Shown here piece by piece: positions 9,867 to 18,821 of a stretch of 64,000 nt of DNA (positions within the stretch are counted from its first letter, which is position 1; each line of letters starts with the position of its first letter). The stretch spans positions 141,134 to 205,133 of the forward strand of contig CAVZVA010000010.1 of the NCBI GenBank assembly GCA_963778655.1, read 5' to 3'. The DNA comes from an uncultured delta proteobacterium. GTDB taxonomy: Bacteria > Myxococcota_A > Polyangia > Polyangiales > JAFGIB01. The notes beneath the pieces were generated by a model, which worked only from the letters and a program-made list of their open reading frames with translations, was not told the DNA's origin and made no database searches. The position numbers were made by a program, and so were the translations under genes.

Positions 9867-10616
9867 ATGTCTGCTTGCTCGAGTTGGATCCGAAACGGAC
9901 TGGGACTGTCGTTGCTGTGCGCGGCGTTCGGCTGCGGAGGCGGCGGCGATCAGACCAGGGGCGCAAAGCTCGACCTGCCTCCGAACGCGAAGCTGGCGAG
10001 CCTGACGCCGGCCGACGGCATGAAGGTGTGCGCGTTTCTGCTCGAGTCAGCCAAGCAGATCACCGACGCAGACCAGGCGCGTTACACCTGCGTGATCACG
10101 GGAGGAATCGCGAGCTCACAGATCGGCCCGGACGGCAGGGACGTGATCGACAGGGCCAAATGCCAACAGGCCATGAACGAGTGTCTGGCCGTCGAAACAC
10201 CCGCGCACGTGGACACCAGTTGCGGCGGTAGCAGCTACTATGCGCGCCTCTCCGCTTGCAGCGCCACGGCGGCCGAGCTGCAGGACTGCATCAATGCAGC
10301 TTTCGCCGAGCAGCATCGCATCTACAGCACGCTCTCCTGCGCCGAGCTCACCCCGGGCTCGGGCGCGGTGCCCTTCATGCTCCCCGACCCCGACGCGCAA
10401 TCGCTGCCCGAGTGCCAGGCGCTCACCACGCAGTGCCCCGCCGTGCTCCAAGGCATGTACTCTCCCACCGGCTCGACCCCGATGTCCTCGCCGACCGGCT
10501 GCGACGACAGCTGCGTCCATGCCAACGACGGCTTCTGCGACGATGGCGGCCCTGGCGCCATCCGCGTGGCCAGCTGTGCCCTCGGCACCGATTGCAGCGA
10601 CTGCGGCCCGCGCTGA
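9867..10616 (+). CDS. Cys-rich lipoprotein, function unknown
   Basis: MSACSSWIRNGLGLSLLCAAFGCGG signal with lipobox. High GC3 throughout. Many paired Cys. Confidence 0.6.
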   Translation: MSACSSWIRNGLGLSLLCAAFGCGGGGDQTRGAKLDLPPNAKLASLTPADGMKVCAFLLESAKQITDADQARYTCVITGGIASSQIGPDGRDVIDRAKCQQAMNECLAVETPAHVDTSCGGSSYYARLSACSATAAELQDCINAAFAEQHRIYSTLSCAELTPGSGAVPFMLPDPDAQSLPECQALTTQCPAVLQGMYSPTGSTPMSSPTGCDDSCVHANDGFCDDGGPGAIRVASCALGTDCSDCGPR

Positions 10617-10744
10617 GGCGCGGCTGGGAGGACGCGGACCGCCTCAGTGTGCTCTTGCGCCCGCCTGACCAGGCGCTCGCACTGGCGCGGTCACGTCGGC
10701 ACGACGAAGACCAAGCGCACGCGGACCGTGCCCGTCGTATCCCA

Positions 10745-11235
10745 CTATTCGATCGAGGTTCATGCAGCGGCTCGGTAGTATTCGAGGCGAGATAGCGCTC
10801 GATGCGGTCAATCGCTGCATCGTCTTGTTCGAGCGCCAGGCCCCAGTTTGTGAGGCGGTGCTCTCGGTCGACTTTTTGAAGTGGCAGCATCTGCGGGGCC
10901 TGGGCCAGGCGCTCGGTCAGATGGAAGCGGTCGATGACGCTGTCCCAGGCTTGCAGGCCGAGGTTACCAAGTGCGACCTCCAGAAGTGACCACAACTCGG
11001 GTGCCGCATCCTGCACGGTGCCAATCGGCAACGCAGAACGACGCTTTCGCCGTCGAGATTACTGGGCGTGCTCGAGGTCAGCCATCATGCTGCCAAAGAC
11101 AGTCTTGGGGCCTTCATCGGCCGAAGCGCTGTAGCGAAATGTGGCAAGCGCGTCACCTTGCGCGTCGGTCACCGTGACGGTACCTACGTACGCCATGCGG
11201 TAGTTGACATCGATCGGCTCCGGCTTTTTGCGGTA
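10745..11235 (-). pseudogene. DDE transposase fragments (ISKra4-like pattern, tentative)
   Basis: Minus strand reads ...KKPEPIDVNYRMAYVGTVTVTDAQGDALATFRYSAS...ADLEHAQ(stop), then MPIGTVQDAAPELWSLLEVAL...VIDRFHLTERLAQA...ALEQDDAAIDRIERYL. The reading frame is broken. Confidence 0.3.
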
Positions 11236-11335
11236 TGCGCTGTGGATTTGGGCCTACGCGCTCGCATGGTTTCTGTTCAACGACGTCGTCAAGTGGGCGG
11301 CATACCGCATGCTGCGGGGACGCGCCACTGTATGA
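11231..11335 (+). pseudogene. P-type ATPase extreme C-terminal fragment (tentative)
   Basis: Reads RYALWIWAYALAWFLFNDVVKWAAYRMLRGRATV(stop), resembling the last TM helix and tail of H+/cation P-type ATPases. Nothing upstream. Confidence 0.3.
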
Positions 11336-11498
11336 CGACTGGGCTCAGCGGCTCGCGCGGGATCGACAGGGTGCCAAGCGGTTTGCGAGCCAGCGCAACC
11401 AAGGTGCGCGAGATCGCGCCGGCGCAGCGCGAAAAAGGCGAGCTCCACGACCGCAGGACCCGTCCGGCGGCCTGCGACCTACGATCCGGCCTCACTCA

Positions 11499-11966
11499 CT
11501 ATTGGGCGAGGTCCACAACGACCGAACCGATCTGACTCAAGTCGGGCGCGTCGTTGGTAATGCCGACGTCCATGACATGGTAGCTCTGCGCGTCGACGGT
11601 GAGCGTGAGAACGCGGCCCTGCGGGGCGGATACCCCGGGTGGGCTACTTCCGGCCGTAAACGGACCGCCCGTGAGCTCGATGACGTACACCGGCGAATGA
11701 TCGCCAACGATATCACCGCTGATGATCTTTTCGGCGGCCTGATGGTCCGGGGAGGCCGCGGCAATCATGGTCTGCGGCAAAGACGCCCCGGCAGCCTGCA
11801 ACGCCAAAGCGCGGAGCTTGGCCCTCACCTTCGGGTCTCCCAAGGAAGCCTGCAGTGCTTCCGCGCTGACCACCCCTACACCCGCGTCGGCACCGCCACG
11901 ATCACTCGACTGTCCGCACGCACCTGTGGCAGCGAGCGCAAGGAGCATTGCGAAAGCGATGCGCAT
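11499..11966 (-). CDS. lipoprotein, function unknown
   Basis: MRIAFAMLLALAATGACGQ lipobox. 155 aa. ORF 11499-12671 trimmed to ATG 11966. Confidence 0.6.
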   Translation of the reverse strand: MRIAFAMLLALAATGACGQSSDRGGADAGVGVVSAEALQASLGDPKVRAKLRALALQAAGASLPQTMIAAASPDHQAAEKIISGDIVGDHSPVYVIELTGGPFTAGSSPPGVSAPQGRVLTLTVDAQSYHVMDVGITNDAPDLSQIGSVVVDLAQ

Positions 11967-12178
11967 ACAGCCAGCATACGGCCGGTGGGAAACGGTCGCA
12001 AGCCTTGGCGCGCCGGCGTCTTCGTCGTTGCACAGCTCTCGAATGTGCTCGCTCACACAGGCCGTGAGGTCGCTGGCCCGGCAGCGCGGCACGGCGGGGC
12101 GCCCTCGAGCACCTGGTTCGTGAGCGCCCGCAACCCGGTCTCGGCGGGCTGAGCCCGCGGCAGAGCCGGCTCGCGCGC

Positions 12179-13378
12179 CTACGGCAAGTTGGCCGAGGCG
12201 GTTTCCCAGGCGCTGTCCTGGCACAACGCGCAGCTGCTGCCGACGAGGAAACCCTTGCCGGTGGCGGTCTCGTCGCCCTTCAGCCACCAGTTCAGCCAGG
12301 CCAGGTCGAGCTTGGTGAAGTCCCCGCCGTTCTTCTGGAATAGATCGCCGCCGTGGCCGAGATCCTTGCTGAACAGCATGATCGGAATGCCCAGGGCGCT
12401 GATGTTGTCGTAGTCGCGCTTGCCGTTCTGGTATGCGATGTCGCCGCTGCCACCGAGCGCGATCAGCACGGGCGTGTGGATGGACTTGTAGAGCATCTGA
12501 TCCGCGGCGAACAGCCCGCTGCTGTTGAGCATCCAGGTCGTGAGGCGGGGATCGCCCGCTGTGCCCTCGGCCATCAATCCGCCGCAGGAGAACCCCGCGG
12601 TGGCGATCTTGGTCGTATCGAGGCTCTGGTAATACGCGCTGCAGGGCTTCTCGTTCTCGGCAACGGCCCAATCGATGTACGCGATCATGGGCTTCCCCAT
12701 CGACACGGTGTCGCCCATGCTGCGATTGCCGCTTCCCATGCCGCTCGGTGGGCCGTCGGTGATGACGAAGTAGCCGTGGGACGCGATCTCGCCCATGGCC
12801 GTGGAGTTCGACAATCCCTGCTGCGCGCAGCCGCCCTCTCCCCAGACGAGGATCGGGTACTTCTCGACTCCGCCCAGGTCCATGGGTCGGATGATGGTCC
12901 CCTCATTGATGCCGGGGTCGGAATTGGACTCGACGACCACCTGGTGCGGCCCGCTGCCCGATACCTTCGCGCTCGCCGGCTGCGACGCGGTGCAGGTGCC
13001 ACTGCCCATGGTTCCGCCGGCTCCGCCTGTGCCCGCGCCGGCCATGCCGGCCGCGCCGGCGCCGGCCGCGCTCCCGGCCGCTCCGGTCATGGACGTGGCT
13101 CCGCCGGTCCCTGTGCCTACGCCGCCGGTTCCTGCAGGGGCGCGCTGACCTCCCGTCGCAGAGCCGAAGGTGCCGCCGGTCGCCCCAGGCGTATTGGCGG
13201 AAGGTGTCGACGTCATGTCACCGCTTCCGCCGCTCGCCTGGCCGGAAAACCCTCCGGTGTTGGCCAGCGAGCCGCCCGAGCCGCCAGTCCCCGTTGCCGG
13301 AAACATGGCGTCCGTGCCGGTCTTCTTCGACTCGCAGGCAAGCACGAGAAGCGCCGACCCGATGATGGAAATGGTCAT
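12179..13378 (-). CDS. secreted alpha/beta hydrolase (dienelactone hydrolase/cutinase-like) with Gly-rich linker
   Basis: Lipoprotein-like start MTISIIGSALLVLAC, long G/S/T/A linker, catalytic-domain motif GFSCGG (GxSxG), HTPVLIALGG and GHGG. Confidence 0.7.
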   Translation of the reverse strand: MTISIIGSALLVLACESKKTGTDAMFPATGTGGSGGSLANTGGFSGQASGGSGDMTSTPSANTPGATGGTFGSATGGQRAPAGTGGVGTGTGGATSMTGAAGSAAGAGAAGMAGAGTGGAGGTMGSGTCTASQPASAKVSGSGPHQVVVESNSDPGINEGTIIRPMDLGGVEKYPILVWGEGGCAQQGLSNSTAMGEIASHGYFVITDGPPSGMGSGNRSMGDTVSMGKPMIAYIDWAVAENEKPCSAYYQSLDTTKIATAGFSCGGLMAEGTAGDPRLTTWMLNSSGLFAADQMLYKSIHTPVLIALGGSGDIAYQNGKRDYDNISALGIPIMLFSKDLGHGGDLFQKNGGDFTKLDLAWLNWWLKGDETATGKGFLVGSSCALCQDSAWETASANLP

Positions 13379-13766
13379 CGCGCTCAATCGAGCGCGCCGC
13401 ACGAGCGCGAGCGGCAGCGCGGCGTGCGCTTGCCCCGCGCGACGCGAGATCTCGGATCCTGCCCATGACCAGCTCCTTGTTCCTTGGCGGAGGCGCCGCG
13501 GTCCAAGCACCTCCGCCGCGGTTCAGTCGATCCCGATGAGCAGTGGCGGGCGCACGGTGGGTCCGTCACGCGAAACCTCGCCGGCTTTCAATCACCTGGT
13601 TGCCTGCAAGCTTTGCAGACGGGCGGCTGCAAGCGTGATCGGGCGGTCGATTCTCGCGGCGGGGACAGGTTGCGCCGCTGGGACGGCCCTCGAACCCGGT
13701 CCCTCAGGCTGCTGGCACGATGCGTGCGAGACACCAGGGCGTGCTCCTTCGGGACGGAGGTGAGCC

Positions 13767-13943
13767 ATGGATCTGCAACCGCGCATCTTGGTGGCCGAGG
13801 ATGACGTCGATGTCCGCGGCGCTCTGGTCGATTGCTTGCGCCAGGGCGGCAACGACGTCGTGGACGTTCCGGACGGGGATCACGTCAGAGAGTATATCGA
13901 CGAATGCATGCTCTACGACGTGCCTCACAAGCGCGGGGGATAG
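13767..13943 (+). pseudogene. response regulator receiver N-terminal fragment
   Basis: MDLQPRILVAEDDVDVRGALVDCLRQGGNDVVDVPDGDHVREYIDE..., then stop after 58 codons at the junction with the intron relic. Confidence 0.5.
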
Positions 13944-13987
13944 TCGGGATGAAGAGCCGATTCGAGGGGGCCAGTCGGGATGAAGAG

Positions 13988-14583
13988 CCGAATGGAGCGC
14001 GGTGCAGTTGCAGGCGAGTTGACATATTGTGTTGACTGCGAAGCGTGCGCCGCGAGGCGCGAGGCGCGAGGAGGACCGATGAGCTGAAGACCTCATCACT
14101 GTCCGGGTCGGGCCGGGCATTAAGGGCGTCGTGAACCCCGCCTAGGTTGGAATGGCGGGCTGCAAAAGCCGAACGACGTCAACTTTGTGCGCTCTCCGAG
14201 CGGCTCACCGCAAGGAGGGATTCTTTCTCCCCTACTCGCCAACATCGCGCTGAGCACCATCGACGAGCGGTACGAACGCCATGCTTGGCCACGTGGGCTC
14301 GCCACCCGGCGCTCTCACGTGGGCCGACCGAGCAAAGCGCTCACCGAGCCCGACGACATTGCCCAGCGCGCGCTCGTCAATCGCGCCAACGACAGACGGC
14401 GCGGTTTTCCGGTCTTGATGCCGATTCGGTACGCCGATGACTTCATCATCTTGGTCAGCGAACCCGCCGGCGCCCCCGCTGGCGGGCAACTCGCGAACCA
14501 AGAGAAGGCCGCCTTGGCGGGGGGTCGACCCGAGTAAGGCGCCGCGTGCCCACTCTACAGAGCCTACCTTCCCCCGGCGGCAG
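13988..14583 (+). mobile_element. group II intron relic, copy 1 (lacks domain V)
   Basis: Shares 5' flank, GTGCG (14045), RT fragment, domain VI 3' strand ...CGCGTGCCCACTCTAC (ends 14558) and 25 nt of 3' flank with copy 2. Has a 7-nt tandem GCGCGAG duplication. Confidence 0.6.
14124..14537 (+). pseudogene. group II intron-type reverse transcriptase fragment (motifs 4-5 only)
   Basis: GSPQGGILSPLLANIALSTIDERY ... PIRYADDFIILVSEP. Motifs RT0-3, RT6-7 and the X/maturase domain are absent. Confidence 0.7.
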
Positions 14584-14740
14584 CGTGGATCGACACCGAG
14601 GCGTAAATCTGCGTCGTGTTCACGTCTTGGTGCCCGAGAATCGCCTGGATGTACCGGATGTCAGCACCGCCTTCGAGTAGCGCCGTCGCACAGGCGTGTC
14701 GGAACTGACGCACTACGCTTGCCGAGCTTCGCTTGATCGA
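14564..14740 (-). pseudogene. tyrosine recombinase (XerC/D-like) C-terminal fragment
   Basis: ...[39 protein letters not shown]... covers the box II region with catalytic Tyr. The upstream part is not recombinase-like. Confidence 0.55.
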
Positions 14741-14907
14741 CGTAGCCGCCCACAAGGTCGGTGGCCCTCGCGAGCGTCTATCGCCAGCTGCCAACGATGT
14801 CACTTGGTTCCAGCCCGAAGCGACCCTGTCCCTCGAACTTATTCGCGCAGCAAGTCCCCATCGAGGGATAGCCGGTCGCCGCAGGACTCGCGTAATAGCC
14901 TGGCGCA

Positions 14908-16254
14908 ATGCTGCAGTCTGCTCCCGGTGCAAGGGGTCTGCCACTCCTCGGTCACGTTCCCTGGATGATTCGAGATCCGATGCGCTTCCTCGCCGAGCTG
15001 TCGCGTCGCTACGGCGACGTGGCGGCGTTTCGCGTCGGCGCGCGGCCGCACGTGCTGATCAATCACCCGGAGCTGATCAGCCGCGTGCTGTGCAATCGCA
15101 GCTGCTCGAGAAGCGACGAGAGCCGCAAGGCGATGCGGTCGTTCCTCGGCGACGGACTACTCACGACCGAGGGGCCGCTGCACCTCCAGCGCCGGCGCAT
15201 GATGGCGCCCGCCTTTCATCGCGAACGCATTCGCGGCTACACCGAGCTGATGTGCGCCGAGACCTACGCCGACATCGCGGGCTGGCGACCCGACGAGAAG
15301 CGCGACCTGCACAAGGACATGATGCGCATCACGTTCACGATCGTTACGCGGGCGCTGTTCAGCGCCGACAGGCGCGACGACGCGCGGGAGGTCGAAAAAG
15401 CGCTCGCGGTGATCATGCCGTGGGCGATCCTCGGCGCCGCCATGGCGAACGTGCTTCCGTCGCTGCCGGTGATCTACCCGCTGCGCGCCAAGGCGGCGAT
15501 CGCGCGGCTCAACCGCCTGGTGCTGGAGATCGTGGCGCACCGGCGCGCGGAGGGCGGCGACCGCGGCGACCTGCTCTCGATGCTGCTCGCGACACGCGAC
15601 GAGGACGGAAGCGCGCTCACCGACCAGGACATCTGCGACGAAGCGCTCACGCTCATATTCGCCGGCCACGACACGACCGCCAACACGCTGACCTGGGCGT
15701 GGCACCTGCTGACGGAGAATCCGGAGGTGCAGGAGGCGCTGTACCAGGAAGTGCAGCGCGTGGTCGGCGAGCGCGCGCTGACCCCCGAGGACCTGCCCAA
15801 ACTTCCGCTCGCGGAGCAAGTCATCCACGAGACACTGCGCTTGTACCCGGTCATATGGATCGGCGACCGCGTGCCGGAACAAGACATCGAGCTCGGCGGC
15901 TATGCGATACCCAAGGGCATCGGAGTCGTATTCTCGATGTACCTCATACAGCGCGACGAGCGCTTCTTCCCCGATCCGGAACGCTTCGACCCGGCGCGGT
16001 TCAGTCCCGCGCGCATCGGCAGCATCCCCGACGGCGCCTATTTCCCATTCGGCGCAGGCGTTCACAAGTGCATCGGCAGCACCTTCGCCCTGATGGAGGC
16101 GCGCATCATCCTGGCAGCGATGGTGCAGCGCTTCGCCATCTCCGCTATCCCCGGACACAAGGTGCGCAAAACCCGCGAACTCGTCATGACCCCTGTCGGC
16201 GGCTTCCCTGTCAGGCTCAGCGCGCGCAAGACTGGCGTCATGCGTTCGGCGTGA
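14908..16254 (+). CDS. cytochrome P450
   Basis: Heme-binding [21 protein letters not shown]-helix, AGHDTT I-helix motif. 448 aa. Confidence 0.9.
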   Translation: MLQSAPGARGLPLLGHVPWMIRDPMRFLAELSRRYGDVAAFRVGARPHVLINHPELISRVLCNRSCSRSDESRKAMRSFLGDGLLTTEGPLHLQRRRMMAPAFHRERIRGYTELMCAETYADIAGWRPDEKRDLHKDMMRITFTIVTRALFSADRRDDAREVEKALAVIMPWAILGAAMANVLPSLPVIYPLRAKAAIARLNRLVLEIVAHRRAEGGDRGDLLSMLLATRDEDGSALTDQDICDEALTLIFAGHDTTANTLTWAWHLLTENPEVQEALYQEVQRVVGERALTPEDLPKLPLAEQVIHETLRLYPVIWIGDRVPEQDIELGGYAIPKGIGVVFSMYLIQRDERFFPDPERFDPARFSPARIGSIPDGAYFPFGAGVHKCIGSTFALMEARIILAAMVQRFAISAIPGHKVRKTRELVMTPVGGFPVRLSARKTGVMRSA

Positions 16255-16771
16255 GCCCGTGCTTGGCGTGGCACTGGTGGATGCGCGGGTGGCGCTTCAG
16301 GTCCGCGAACTGCCGCGCTCTTCGATCTCGCGATCGTATTCCGGACGTACTCACTCGCCGGACCGGGGTCCGGCATCGTGCGCAGTCGATACCTCGCGGG
16401 GCGCGGGAGCGAGGCGCCGCCTACGCTCGGCTTGCCGCCCGCGCGGTGGAACACCAGCTGCGCGCGATCGCGCGGTCCTTGTGATGCCGGCTTCGAACTT
16501 GTGCACGGTGTACACGGTCTGCGTGGAGCCTGAGGTCCACGAACCTGCATCCCCGGTGGAAAGCCGCTGGCGAATAAGGCGTTGTTATCCGGTGCGCCGT
16601 CGGCCGAGTACGTCATCGCGGCCGGGTCCAGGTTCGTCGTTCGCACCGCATTGTTGAGCGTCACGAGCACGCCGGCGCCGATGCAGTCGTGGTTCGCCAT
16701 GCTGGTCGAGGCCACGACCATCACCGGGTCCGACGCGTAGAACAGCTCGGCTACAAGCACGCCGCTGCGCC

Positions 16772-16987
16772 TCATTCGATTTCAACAATCAGGCGCTCCG
16801 GGACAGTGACACAATCATCATGCCCGGCGATACGATCAAGACCACGTGCACGTACTCCAAGCCCTCCATCTACGGCTTGGAGACCCAAGATGAGATGTGC
16901 TACGACGCCGTTCTCGCTTACTCACCGGGCTCCCTCACCCAACCTGGAATCGGTTCGGGGTTCTCGAGCAACCAGTGCACGAACTGA
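16772..16987 (+). pseudogene. C-terminal fragment of a copper type II monooxygenase-like secreted protein (tentative)
   Basis: Reads FNNQALRDSDTIIMPGDTIKTTCTYSKPSIYGLETQDEMCYDAVLAYSPG...NQCTN(stop), matching the GD.I...C.Y...FG...EMC...YP pattern. No start codon. Confidence 0.35.
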
Positions 16988-16992
16988 TTAGA

Positions 16993-17895
16993 TCAGCGCG
17001 CGGCCGGCTTGTCGGCGCTGATGATCAGGTAGTCCGTATTCATGCCCAGCTTATCGCCAGCCGCCTGCCAGGCATCCTGTTCCGCGGTGGACATCGGCTC
17101 GACGATGGCTTCTTCCATGGACTTACCGGCGCGGCGCAGCTTGGCGTAGCGTTGATGCTGCGGATTCACGAAGTGGCCGATGGAGCGCATTTGTACGTTG
17201 ACGAAGCCGACTCCCTCGAGCTTGCGCTTGAATTCGTTGCGGTCGTAATAGTTCTCGATCGGCTCGGCGAAGTGGTGGAGCGCCCAGCGTGCAGCGAGCC
17301 CTGGCTTCCCAGTCGGAGCGCCTTCTTTAGGACCAGCGTCCGCGATCGCCAAACGCCCGCCGGGTTTCAAGACGCGGAAAGCTTCTTGGAAGAATGCTTC
17401 GCGGGTGCGGAAGTGAAACGCACATTCGAGCGCGGTCACCTTGGTGAATGTCTCGCGGCGAAACGGGATTTGCGTCGCGGAGCCCATCCCCAACGTGATG
17501 CGGCTCTCTAGCCCGCGTTCCTTCACGCGCTGGCGCGCGCGTTCGACTTGCATCGGCATGATGTTGAGACCGGTGATGTGACCGACGGCGTATTTCTCGA
17601 GCCAGAAGAAGTCTTGTTCGGCCAAGCCGTAACCGACATCGAGCTGCTCATCCTTCGAGTTTAGATCGGCGGCATCCCCAAGCAGTGTCGCCAACGCGCG
17701 ACACGCTTCCGGATAGGTTTTCGCGTTCTCCCAATACCCGAGGTTCAACCACAGCGGCTTATCGACCTTGGCGAAGCCGTCCGATGTGCCTTCGACTACG
17801 TCGTCGCCGAGATACTCGTAGTAATCCTGGACAGTGCCGCGCAGAAAAAGGCTACGGAAGGTTATGCTGCCAACCGTCTTAAATGATTTCAGCAT
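16993..17895 (-). CDS. class I SAM-dependent methyltransferase
   Basis: LDVGYGLAEQ (motif I), VKERGLESRITL, FRVLKPGGRLAIAD (motif III/post-I). 300 aa. Confidence 0.8.
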   Translation of the reverse strand: MLKSFKTVGSITFRSLFLRGTVQDYYEYLGDDVVEGTSDGFAKVDKPLWLNLGYWENAKTYPEACRALATLLGDAADLNSKDEQLDVGYGLAEQDFFWLEKYAVGHITGLNIMPMQVERARQRVKERGLESRITLGMGSATQIPFRRETFTKVTALECAFHFRTREAFFQEAFRVLKPGGRLAIADAGPKEGAPTGKPGLAARWALHHFAEPIENYYDRNEFKRKLEGVGFVNVQMRSIGHFVNPQHQRYAKLRRAGKSMEEAIVEPMSTAEQDAWQAAGDKLGMNTDYLIISADKPAAR

Positions 17896-18147
17896 CGTGA
17901 GTCGATTTATGCTGGATACTGCGCCTCGTCCACCAATAAGCGCATTCAGGATCCAGATAATCCGCTGTCACAAGTCGTCACAAGTTGTCTGAGCGAGATG
18001 ACGACTCACATGCTCACCCAAAGGTTGGGACCCTTTGCATGATGCGTCGTCGGTTGTACTCACTGCGGCTCGTGGCCTCAAGCCCTAGCGGCGTGTGCGG
18101 TCGCGGAGTCGGGCGGGACGATAGGAAAGACAAACGCCGTCGGCTCT

Positions 18148-18303
18148 AGGCGACACTAACGCTCCCCCCCGATCCCTGGTCCAGCGCAGCGGATCCCAGA
18201 TCCGGCGCGGCGGATCCCAAATCGGCGCGGCGGGCTCCAGGCGACATTAACGCTCCCCCCGATCCCTGGTCCAGCGCGGCGGATCCCAGATCCGGCGCGG
18301 CGG
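18148..18303. repeat. ~91-bp tandem repeat (1.7 copies) with internal 22-23-bp sub-repeat
   Basis: AGGCGACAYTAACGCTCCCCCC(C)GATCCCTGGTCCAGCGCRGCGGATCCCAGATCCGGCGCGGCGG at 18148-18212 and 18239-18303. The sub-motif GCGGATCCCARATC(C)GGCGCG recurs. Confidence 0.8.
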
Positions 18304-18564
18304 GGCGCATTACCGGAGGGTGGTGCCGTGCCACAGGGGGATTTATCTCGCATCCCAATACTGGGACTTTCCCGGCGCAGGACGAGCCTCGCCCGCCAGG
18401 GCACCCGCAAGGACAACCCTCTTGGGCCCCAGTGTCGCCACCCAGTCGGGCGCTGAACAGAACGTGGCTCGCCGAACGCTTACCGTGCAACCAATCTTTC
18501 GATCTCTCATCGCCGGCTACATTGGACGAAAGTATCGTCCGATACCTTCGTATACCGTCGGGGT

Positions 18565-18735
18565 TTACTGGCGCGTAGGGGCGCTCAGCCCCAGTTGCCC
18601 GCCCATGTTGACCAGCTCGGCGAACGATGGTGCCTTGGTCTTGCGCATGACCTGACCACGATGCGCTTTGACCGTGATTTCGCTGATCCCGAGCCTGGCG
18701 TCGACTTGTTTGTACAGAAGGCCCACGGGGCCTGG
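18565..18735 (-). pseudogene. LuxR/FixJ-type HTH domain fragment
   Basis: LLYKQVDARLGISEITVKAHRGQVMRKTKAPSFAELVNMGGQLGL. The receiver domain is missing. Confidence 0.55.
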
Positions 18736-18821
18736 GTCCCCGAAAAGTGGTTCAGCCGAGGTCACGTTTTGACACGGGGGGCCCGGGTCCCAAAACTGAT
18801 CCGCTCCAGAGCCTCAGTTAG

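Noticed and set aside
13000-13300. GGC/GCC-rich stretches that look like simple-sequence repeats occur here and also at 23340-23480, 26390-26640, 30000-30300 and 40850-40960.
   Set aside because: They are in frame within lipoprotein genes and encode Gly/Ala/Ser-rich linkers between the lipobox and the globular domain. They are not independent repeat features.
14124-14537. The RT fragment could be a retron or defence-associated reverse transcriptase; myxobacteria are known for retrons.
   Set aside because: Motif 4 (PQGGxxSPLLxNIxL) and motif 5 (RYADDF) are group II intron-like. Copy 2 is followed by recognisable intron domains V and VI. The ORF is a ~100-codon stump, so it cannot be a functional RT system.
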